Source of the DNA: Pyrococcus sp. ST04
GTDB taxonomy: Archaea; Methanobacteriota_B; Thermococci; Thermococcales; Thermococcaceae
Assembly: GCF_000263735.1 (NCBI RefSeq)
Contig: NC_017946.1
Coordinates: forward strand, 141,348 to 165,347
Reading direction: 5' to 3'
Length of the DNA: 24,000 bases
The position numbers and the translations under genes were made by a program. Shown piece after piece: positions 17,181 through 24,000 of the stretch. The notes under the pieces are model-generated. The model worked only from the letters and a program-made list of their open reading frames with translations. It had not been told where the DNA came from and searched no databases. Position 1 is the first letter of the stretch. Each line of letters opens with the position of its first letter.

Positions 17181-18044
17181 TGCTATCCTTATTTCAATCC
17201 CCTTTTCCTCCTCAATACCCTTAATTAGGGCGATTATCTTCTCATGCTTGAGCTCCATAACCTTAAGGTTTGAGATCGCAATCTCTATTGCCTTTCTTTC
17301 ATCCCCACTCACCTTGTCCCTGTAGTATGAGAGTATTGCAATTAGGGCATCCTTCACGCTACCCCCTGGAACCGGAAGAAACTTCCATTTGTCTTCGAAG
17401 AGGTAAACTCCCCTTATTCTCTCCGAAGGCCCCACTTCCTCGATACTGACAACGTTACCAGTCATGGAGAGGGAGTAAAGGTAGCTCGACAAATCTCTCT
17501 CGGATAGGCCAATCTTGAGCAATTTTCTTGATGATTCCTCAAATTTAGAGAGACTGTCATAAAACTCAAGTGCATTCTCTATCAAGTCTTTTCTTATTCC
17601 CGAAAACTTAACGAGAACTCTCTCGGGGGGTTCGTTTATTATATCAATGGAAGCTATAATCCTATCGTCGATTTCCTCCCCTGGGGAAAATGCCCTCAAT
17701 ATGAGCCATATTCTCCCATTTGTTACTATTCCAATCTCAACACCCTTATCAAAACAGTACTTGGCAAGCTGAAGTATAACCTCACGCTTATCTATGCTGA
17801 CGCTGAGGTTCTTAGCTTCAAGGAATGCAACTATCCTGTTATCCTTTATTAGTGCATAGTCCGCTCTACCTTCAATTGTTTTTTCTTCAGGCCTCACTTC
17901 CGTTGGATCCTCAGTGTTCCAGCCCAAGGCCTTTAGTATTGGGAGTATCAAGTGCTGCTTAACTGCCTCTTCGTTTCTCATGTATATTGGGGCAAACTTT
18001 CTGATTTTGCTATTAACTTCACGTATTACTTCCCTCATCTTCAC
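17175..18044 (-). CDS. Hypothetical protein with an N-terminal HSDR_N-type (type I restriction R-subunit N-terminal-like) PD-(D/E)xK nuclease fold; C-terminal half unknown
   Basis: 289 aa. NEEAVKQHLILPILKALGW...GRADYALIKDNRIVAFLEAKNLS...LQLAKY...IGIVTNGRIWLI matches the HSDR_N pattern (D...ExK, Q..Y, TNG..W). I recognise no methylase, specificity or helicase partner nearby. Confidence 0.55.
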   Translation of the reverse strand: MKMREVIREVNSKIRKFAPIYMRNEEAVKQHLILPILKALGWNTEDPTEVRPEEKTIEGRADYALIKDNRIVAFLEAKNLSVSIDKREVILQLAKYCFDKGVEIGIVTNGRIWLILRAFSPGEEIDDRIIASIDIINEPPERVLVKFSGIRKDLIENALEFYDSLSKFEESSRKLLKIGLSERDLSSYLYSLSMTGNVVSIEEVGPSERIRGVYLFEDKWKFLPVPGGSVKDALIAILSYYRDKVSGDERKAIEIAISNLKVMELKHEKIIALIKGIEEEKGIEIRIAL

Positions 18045-18094
18045 TCCAACAAATATATACGGAGTTCTAAATATTTTCCTAAGGGGGAGCTAAA

Positions 18095-18916
18095 TTGTGT
18101 AGGATTCTTACCGCTGTTGGTGAAGGATTCAGGATGAGGCCGTTGGTCGAGGCCTTGATAAAAGCATCTCAGAATGACCCATACAAGGCTGCAAGGGGAA
18201 GGGGGAACCAGCATAAAGATGGATGGGGATATGTTCTTGTAACAAAGGAACACTTAGAATATTATAGGTCGCCAAAGCCAATCTTCGAGGATGAAATGGC
18301 CACCAAATTGATGGAAAAGCTCAAAGGGTTCAGCGTGCTACTGCTCCATTCAAGGGCTGCAAGTCAGGGTGGAGTGAATGTATTCAATACCCAGCCCTTC
18401 TCCTATTGTAGCCCGCATGGATACCAGCTGTATTTTATTCACAATGGAGATCTTATCAAGGATTTGCTTCTTGAAGGGTTAAAGCTTCCAAAGGAGAGAT
18501 TTGAGGAAGTATCTGACTCATATCTCGCCGGAATGTATACTTCACTATTCCTCACTGAAATCGACGATAAGGAAATCGTCAGAAGATTCGCCCTGTTAAA
18601 ACCTGTTGTGAGGACTTCATTGAACACTGGAGGAATAATAATGACTCCAAAAAAGATAAAGGTGTTCGCAACGGCGTATACGAAAGAGGATCTGTGGGAG
18701 GATGAAAATCACAGAAGATACACCCAACTCCTCACGTTCTATGGGGCCGATTTGTTTGCGGTAATGTCGTCAACTCTGGAGTTATATACATTCCTTCCAC
18801 TGGACAAGGTAGATAATGGAACTGGGTTTGTCATATCCGTAGATTTTGATAAGGAAAACTTTACTCCAAGATCTTATTCCCTCGATACTGAGCCTGAAGA
18901 ACTTCCAGGGCTGTAG
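18095..18916 (+). CDS. Class II (Ntn-type) glutamine amidotransferase-like protein
   Basis: The TTG start is preceded by AAGGGGGAG. The N-terminal M-C (MCRIL) provides an Ntn nucleophile Cys. HKDGWG, LLHSRAAS...N.QPF and FIHNGDL are typical of GATase_4/6-type domains. The C-terminal ~110 aa are unassigned. Confidence 0.7.
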   Translation: MCRILTAVGEGFRMRPLVEALIKASQNDPYKAARGRGNQHKDGWGYVLVTKEHLEYYRSPKPIFEDEMATKLMEKLKGFSVLLLHSRAASQGGVNVFNTQPFSYCSPHGYQLYFIHNGDLIKDLLLEGLKLPKERFEEVSDSYLAGMYTSLFLTEIDDKEIVRRFALLKPVVRTSLNTGGIIMTPKKIKVFATAYTKEDLWEDENHRRYTQLLTFYGADLFAVMSSTLELYTFLPLDKVDNGTGFVISVDFDKENFTPRSYSLDTEPEELPGL

Positions 18917-19505
18917 TTCCTAGGGTTATATCCTCGATTGATGGATTTGCCGATTTAACAATATGGAATATAAGTCGCTTTCCAACTCTCTTCCACTCGA
19001 CTATTGAGGTTGCTATTTCATTCCAGAGCTCTACGCCCCCTCCCCGTCTATTCATAAAATCCTCGTTCACGAAGTAGAAGGTGACACCCTTCTTTTCCCC
19101 AATCAAGGATGAAATGCTACCAACTAGATTAAGAACCTCTTCTCCTGTAAGAATACTAGTGAGCTTATGCAGACCCAAAACAACATTAATTACCTCCTTT
19201 CCAATGAGATCAGAGTAAGCCTCAACGTCTAGCGTATACTTATCTATTTCCATTTTCTCATAAACCTCTCCAACCTTCCTGAAGCCCCCTACTTTTACAA
19301 CCCTGAGTTTTTCACAGATGTCTGCACCGACTACCTTCAACCTCTTGCAGTACTCACTTAGGGTGTCCATGATATCTGTAACGACGATGTCTTTTCCTAG
19401 CCTAGTTAATATGTAGAACAGTAATTCTGGGGAAGAATCCGGCTTGTACTTAATGAGCACATTCTCACCTGGGTAAAATGACTTCAAGACATCCTCTATC
19501 CTCAT
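18861..19505 (-). CDS. DUF257-like archaeal protein (degenerate KaiC/RecA-like fold suspected)
   Basis: The ORF is open to 19619, but that extension overlaps the cca gene by 92 nt. The ATG at 19505 (MRIEDVLKSFYPGENVLIKYKPDSSPELLFY...) leaves a 22-nt gap after the cca stop. The GE.VLIKY..S.PELLFY pattern resembles the Pyrococcus DUF257 paralogue family, from memory only. There is no Walker A motif. Confidence 0.4.
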   Translation of the reverse strand: MRIEDVLKSFYPGENVLIKYKPDSSPELLFYILTRLGKDIVVTDIMDTLSEYCKRLKVVGADICEKLRVVKVGGFRKVGEVYEKMEIDKYTLDVEAYSDLIGKEVINVVLGLHKLTSILTGEEVLNLVGSISSLIGEKKGVTFYFVNEDFMNRRGGGVELWNEIATSIVEWKRVGKRLIFHIVKSANPSIEDITLGTTALEVLQAQYRGNKILE

Positions 19506-19527
19506 GTCTATTCCCAATTTACAACAA

Positions 19528-20895
19528 TTATCCATTTGACTTATAACATTTAATGATAAACTTCTGCCTTGCCAAAAATATGTAGGCATCTTCATGTAAG
19601 CTTCTTGGAACAAAATCAACTAAGATATCCGACTCCTTCACAACTTTTTTAACGTTCTTTCCTGCCGAGAACCCTCCACTTTGGAGTATTTTCTCGAGCA
19701 CATCAACTATGTGATCTTCTCTCTCCCTTTCAGAGTACAGATCCTTCCCCTCTATCCACACCCTTTCGTTCTTCTCATAGAACCTCATTCCATGGGTAGA
19801 AAAGTATAGGGGGCCCCTCTTTATCTCAACTCTTGGAAGCTCTGTCCTGTCAACTTCGATGAATATGAAATTCTTACCGTAATCATAACCTAGAACTTTA
19901 AATCCCTCGAGCTCGAGTTGTCTTGTGATTCCTTTTGCTGTTCTCTCGAGTTGGGGCAGGAGGATGTCATCAACTAAGTTGGGAGGTTGGAATATGAGGG
20001 TAACCAGGTGAGTTCCTCTCCTCTTCAATTCCTCCCTGTAGCTCCCAATCCTCTTTTTAGGGAAGAAAAAGTCTTCAGAAGGACTCTTTAAGAACTGGGC
20101 TGACCTGAAGTAGAACAGGCCATACCTCTCCCAGCTGAGATTTGCGGCAACGTTTCTCCGGGGATCAACTGGATCTATTACCACTATGGGTTTATCCTCC
20201 TCGATTTCCCTTTTCACGGTTTTCATTGCAAGTTCTGGCTCTTTCTTGAGCCAGCCCGCTGGATCTATGACCTTCTGCTTGAGCATGAAGTCGGCCTTTT
20301 CAAGAACCTTAAGAAAGGAGCCGAACTTTATGACCAATATCTCGGCCAGGTAACCAGAAAAGCCCCTTATATAAATTTCACTCCCATAGGCATTTATTCC
20401 CTTGAGAAACCTTTTCAGCAGTCTCACTTCGTCATTTTTTCCATCTATGTTCTCTAGAACCCATTTCGTATGAAGTATCGACCTGTCAACGGCTGTCTTA
20501 ACTTCCCTCCAATCCTTTACATTGTAACAAGGGACTAGATCGACCTGATATCCCTTATAATAACCCCTCACATAGGGATGCTCGGCATATCCAATTTCAT
20601 ACCTCTCAAGTCTCCTTCCAATCTCTTTTGCTAACTTAAGGCCCTCTTCTTTGAGCTCGTTTAGGGATAGATCTAGGGGAAATGCCAGGAATAAATCGAT
20701 ATCATGATCTCCAGACAGGAAAGTATCCTTAGCTATTGAACCAACGGGAACGGGAGTAACATCTAGGCCAGATTCTTCAATCACTTCTCTACTCAACTCA
20801 ATAAGGTCACGTGTTATAGAATTTACTACCTTTTTCTCTTCCTCGCTCGGCCTTATCTTTACCAGTACTCTCTCAATTACCTCGGTGACGCTCAT
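19528..20895 (-). CDS. cca: CCA-adding enzyme (archaeal class I tRNA nucleotidyltransferase)
   Basis: The catalytic segment GSIAKDTFLSGDHDIDLFLAF and the ~450-aa length fit. The ATG at 20895 is preceded by GAGGAAGG (SD-like) and gives MSVTEVIERV. The longer ORF to 20943 would overlap the thpR 3' end. Confidence 0.9.
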   Translation of the reverse strand: MSVTEVIERVLVKIRPSEEEKKVVNSITRDLIELSREVIEESGLDVTPVPVGSIAKDTFLSGDHDIDLFLAFPLDLSLNELKEEGLKLAKEIGRRLERYEIGYAEHPYVRGYYKGYQVDLVPCYNVKDWREVKTAVDRSILHTKWVLENIDGKNDEVRLLKRFLKGINAYGSEIYIRGFSGYLAEILVIKFGSFLKVLEKADFMLKQKVIDPAGWLKKEPELAMKTVKREIEEDKPIVVIDPVDPRRNVAANLSWERYGLFYFRSAQFLKSPSEDFFFPKKRIGSYREELKRRGTHLVTLIFQPPNLVDDILLPQLERTAKGITRQLELEGFKVLGYDYGKNFIFIEVDRTELPRVEIKRGPLYFSTHGMRFYEKNERVWIEGKDLYSEREREDHIVDVLEKILQSGGFSAGKNVKKVVKESDILVDFVPRSLHEDAYIFLARQKFIIKCYKSNG

Positions 20896-20926
20896 GAGAC
20901 CTTCCTCTTTTGGTATTTGAAGTAAG

Positions 20927-21484
20927 TTAATCTGCAAGCTCAAATCTTGCTAGTGTTTCATAGATAGGACCCTTTGGGGTGAGGGTGCTTTTCTTTAGCT
21001 CTATTGCCTCAACCTTAAAACTCCCGAACTCCTCATTTGCTAGTTCCTTTAATTTCATTGCCAAGCCCAGCTTATCCCTCACGAACTTGACCCTTCCTAG
21101 AGTGACATGAGCAACGAAGTCTTTTTCCCTCTTAAAGCCAAGCTTTGCAAGTGCTTCGTCTATTTCTTTGGCCATTGCCTTTATTGTTTCATCGTTTTCT
21201 ACACCTGCCCATATGACCCTGACGTAGTTCGGATTAGGAAAGACGCCTATTCCTTTAACTCGAACCTCATGCTTTCTGTATTTTCTGGCTATCTTTTCAA
21301 GAATTTTCTTTATTTCCTCGATCTGCTCTTGACTTATCTCTCCCAGGAATTTCAGTGTTATATGCAAGTTTTCTCTCTCAACGAATTTTATCCTCGCTTC
21401 TTTTGTTCCTATGAAATCCTGAGCTCTAACTATTGCGTCTCTGACTTCTTCACTAACATCTATAGCTATAAACGCCCTAACCAT
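20927..21484 (-). CDS. thpR: RNA 2',3'-cyclic phosphodiesterase ThpR (LigT / 2'-5' RNA ligase family, 2H phosphoesterase)
   Basis: 185 aa with two HxTx motifs (LHITLKF and AHVTLGR) at the canonical spacing. Confidence 0.9.
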   Translation of the reverse strand: MVRAFIAIDVSEEVRDAIVRAQDFIGTKEARIKFVERENLHITLKFLGEISQEQIEEIKKILEKIARKYRKHEVRVKGIGVFPNPNYVRVIWAGVENDETIKAMAKEIDEALAKLGFKREKDFVAHVTLGRVKFVRDKLGLAMKLKELANEEFGSFKVEAIELKKSTLTPKGPIYETLARFELAD

Positions 21485-21486
21485 CT

Positions 21487-22074
21487 TTATCCCCCTAATC
21501 TTTTGACAAGTTCTTTTACTCTCTCCTTTGCTTTTCCAATAACTGGATTACCGTGAGCTGGGTAAAGATTTTCGAAGTCTATATTTAACAACTCTTTTAT
21601 CCTCTGCCTATTCATCTCAGGATCAAGAGAGTACTGCCTAGGTATTTCCTCAAGTTTCCCACCTTTTTCCATAAGTAAGTCACCAACAAAGAGGCTCTTT
21701 GAATCTTCATCTAGAATACATATGCTTCCCCTAGTATGGCCCGGCATGTGGAATATTCTAACGCCTTCAATGACCTCCCCACCCTTCACTTTCACGTCCA
21801 CTTTCACCCCTGTATTCGCTTCAATGCTTGGCGAATCTTCTTCGTGGGCAACTACTTTGGCTTCTGGGAATTTTTCTTTTAGACATCTAAGAGAACCCGT
21901 GTGATCAAAGTGATAGTGGGTCAGAATTATTAGCTTTAGTGGTTTTCCTATTTCTTTAACTTTCTCAACTATCTTATCGCACGTGCTTTCTATCCCCGCA
22001 TCCACACAGATCAGAAACTCTGGCCTCTCAATGAGATATACGTTGACGAACTCGTCAAAAATTCTGTGGATCAT
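21487..22074 (-). CDS. MBL-fold metallo-hydrolase
   Basis: 195 aa with THYHFDHTG (HxHxDH), HMPGHTRG, a later D (FVGDLL) and PAHG. It sits 2 nt upstream of thpR, so the two are probably in one operon. Confidence 0.85.
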   Translation of the reverse strand: MIHRIFDEFVNVYLIERPEFLICVDAGIESTCDKIVEKVKEIGKPLKLIILTHYHFDHTGSLRCLKEKFPEAKVVAHEEDSPSIEANTGVKVDVKVKGGEVIEGVRIFHMPGHTRGSICILDEDSKSLFVGDLLMEKGGKLEEIPRQYSLDPEMNRQRIKELLNIDFENLYPAHGNPVIGKAKERVKELVKRLGG

Positions 22075-22122
22075 CTCTTACCACCAAATTACCTTTTTTC
22101 AAAAATTGGAATAAAAATGTGC

Positions 22123-22584
22123 TCACTCCCTCGTGACTACTGGAAATTCCTCCCATGGGAATACTATCCACTTGTCTGTTCTGAAGACGTAGTAATCTGG
22201 AACCACGCTTGTCCACGGCTTCATTGCGAGGCAGGCTACTTTTATTTCCTTCGCACCAAGCTTCTTAACCTCCTCGATTACAACTTCAAGGGTCTTTCCT
22301 GTATCGCTAACGTCATCAACTATTACAACCTTCTTATCTTTTAGATCTCCATGAATTGGTATTGTTATGACGGGCTTTTCGGCCCTCTCGTCTATGCCTT
22401 TGTAGAACTTAACGTCTATCACTTTAAGGGGGATATCTCCCAGAATGTGGCTCAATCTTACGGCCGGTATCAGGCCTCCCCTTGCAACGCCAATAATAAC
22501 ATCTGGCTTGTAATCCCTAAGCTTGTCTGCGAGGGCGAATATTGCCCTATCAACCTGCCACCATGTGAGGTATACTTTGTCCAC
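22123..22584 (-). CDS. hpt: Purine (hypoxanthine/guanine/xanthine-type) phosphoribosyltransferase
   Basis: 153 aa with the PRPP-binding motif VVIVDDVSDTGKTL. The GTG start is preceded by a perfect SD, GGAGGTGA. Size and sequence resemble the small Pyrococcus 6-oxopurine PRTase. Confidence 0.8.
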   Translation of the reverse strand: MDKVYLTWWQVDRAIFALADKLRDYKPDVIIGVARGGLIPAVRLSHILGDIPLKVIDVKFYKGIDERAEKPVITIPIHGDLKDKKVVIVDDVSDTGKTLEVVIEEVKKLGAKEIKVACLAMKPWTSVVPDYYVFRTDKWIVFPWEEFPVVTRE

Positions 22585-22669
22585 ACTCTCACCTCCCGCC
22601 TAAACGTTTGAATGTTCAGTTTAAAACGTTGAACCTTCATAAGTCTAACTTTTAACACGAAAATGACTA

Positions 22670-24000
22670 TCAATCAGTCGTGATCTTACCCCTATACAAC
22701 TCTCTCACGTTGTCTGGCAACAGGTTTAAGAATTCCTCTTCGGTTTTAAACGGTCTTTTGGCTAATATCTTGGCTGCCGTTTTCTTACCAATTCCCGGAA
22801 GCCATTTGAGAACTTTTGAACTTTCTTTGTTCACATTTATTGGGACTGGAATTCCAGTAACGCTCCTTAGACCGTGATCCACTATCATCACGTCATAGTA
22901 CCTATCAAGTTCAAGCCTCTTTGGAACTCCAACTATCAAGGGATAACTACCAAACTGTCTCCCAAATGTTAGGTTTCCATCGTAAACCTCCATTCTGACA
23001 TCTCTTAAAATAGTCCCCACTGGAACCACCCTTCTAAGCATTGGTAGATCTATCTCATGCCGTATCTTGTGCCTGTAGTGTTCTATCAGCTTCTTATGCT
23101 TCTCAGTCTTCACCTTGTCCCTCATATTCCAAAGTGGTGTGCCAGGAAAAACGACTACTTGCCTTATGTTTATCCTTCTGACCATCAAGCCATCGTCAAG
23201 CAGTTTTTTAAGAAATTCAAATGTCAGCTCGTATGTCTTCTTCGTTTCCCCTGGCAGTCCAAAGATTATGTTTATACCCGGAAGAAGCCAGGGTAAACCA
23301 TTGTATCCTCTCCTTCCTCCAACCTCGTTGATTATTTTAACTGCTTCATATGTTTCCTCAGGTGTGGCATTGAGGTTATTTAGCTTCGCAACTTTCGGAT
23401 CAGCTGTTTCTAAGCCGAAAGCCACGACGTTGCCTGGAGTTCCATATTTAACAATTGCCTTTGCGATTCTTCTTGCCTCTTCAGGGTAGTTAGCTATCAC
23501 TGCAGGATTTGCATTGTCAACGTGTAAAGTTTTCACGTTTGGAGCAGCTTCCCTGACTGCTCTGAACAGTTTTTCAACTTCTTCGGGGCTCGGAATGGGT
23601 ACCCTTCCATTGGGCTTTGCCTTATAGGAGAATATACAACTCTGTCTGCCAATCCTAAAATGCCTTATTCCCAGATCGTAGAAGGTCTTAACTTCTTGGG
23701 CCACGTATTCTTGGGGCCTATCCTCGACAACCGGATACCTCACTGGTTCAGTACAGAATGAGCATCCCCCAATCCCCATAGCCTTTGGACATCCACGCTG
23801 AGTTTCTATTTCAACGAGAACGAATTCTGGATAGCCGGGATATTGCTTAACTACCTCGGCTCCTAGAATAGCATAGGGCTGAAGCTCCTCATAATCCCTA
23901 AACCTAAAAGGATCAACTTCCCCTCCGCTGAAGTAGTCATAGAGAAAAGCCTCAAGATCTCCGTAGACCACATAATCAAAGACTTCCTCAGCAAACTTAA
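22670..24000 (-). CDS. Radical SAM (Elp3-like core) protein with a C-terminal helix-hairpin-helix; N-terminus beyond the window
   Basis: The Cys triad is RGCPKAMGIGGCSFC (CX8CX2C). Radical-SAM-core-like segments are VAFGLETAD and NIIFGLPGET. The C-terminal HhH is LPGIGKKTAAKILAKRP. The frame remains open past the GTG at 23971 to base 24000, so the gene is probably 5'-partial here. Confidence 0.65.
   Translation of the reverse strand, partial: KFAEEVFDYVVYGDLEAFLYDYFSGGEVDPFRFRDYEELQPYAILGAEVVKQYPGYPEFVLVEIETQRGCPKAMGIGGCSFCTEPVRYPVVEDRPQEYVAQEVKTFYDLGIRHFRIGRQSCIFSYKAKPNGRVPIPSPEEVEKLFRAVREAAPNVKTLHVDNANPAVIANYPEEARRIAKAIVKYGTPGNVVAFGLETADPKVAKLNNLNATPEETYEAVKIINEVGGRRGYNGLPWLLPGINIIFGLPGETKKTYELTFEFLKKLLDDGLMVRRINIRQVVVFPGTPLWNMRDKVKTEKHKKLIEHYRHKIRHEIDLPMLRRVVPVGTILRDVRMEVYDGNLTFGRQFGSYPLIVGVPKRLELDRYYDVMIVDHGLRSVTGIPVPINVNKESSKVLKWLPGIGKKTAAKILAKRPFKTEEEFLNLLPDNVRELYRGKITTD

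Noticed and set aside
19506-19619. N-terminal extension of the DUF257-like ORF (start at 19619), and likewise 20896-20943 for cca
   Set aside because: The extensions overlap the 3' end of the upstream co-directional gene by 92 nt and 17 nt respectively. Internal ATGs (19505; 20895 with an SD-like GAGGAAGG) give clean intergenic spacing and sensible N-termini.

Overview
This window looks like a chromosomal segment of a Pyrococcus-like hyperthermophilic archaeon (Thermococcales). Support from the sequence: a 30-nt CRISPR repeat GTTCCAATAAGACTA[T/A]AA[G/A]AGAATTGAAAG ending in the Cas6 tag ATTGAAAG, GGAGGTGA-type ribosome-binding sites, TTTATAAA-type TATA boxes, and proteins resembling characterised Pyrococcus proteins (biotin protein ligase, WtpA, AlaX, ThpR/LigT, DmpA). 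I call 21 protein genes, mostly housekeeping. They are a DUF835 protein, a DmpA/S58 peptidase, AlaX, a 1312-aa Dna2-like nuclease-helicase, the wtpABC tungstate/molybdate ABC transporter, a cyclic-2,3-diphosphoglycerate synthetase / 2-phosphoglycerate kinase pair, BirA, a CBS protein, a tandem metallophosphoesterase, an HSDR_N-type nuclease-fold protein, a class II glutamine amidotransferase-like protein, a DUF257-like protein, the CCA-adding enzyme, ThpR, an MBL hydrolase, a purine phosphoribosyltransferase and a radical SAM/HhH protein. The accessory part is central: a tRNA-Phe/tRNA-Gly pair, a leader of about 550 bp, and a 21-repeat CRISPR array with no cas gene anywhere in the window. The main finding is a 515-bp segment at the trailer end of the array, bracketed by the last intact repeat and a degenerate 22nd repeat. 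It carries one strongly acidic, compositionally atypical 168-codon ORF with no recognisable family, beginning at the first base after the repeat. Other points: the array is a block mosaic of two repeat variants, the newest spacer carries a 6-nt duplication of the repeat 5' end, one spacer is 49 nt, and the leader has internal repeats. All domain calls come from motif recognition by eye; no database search was possible.
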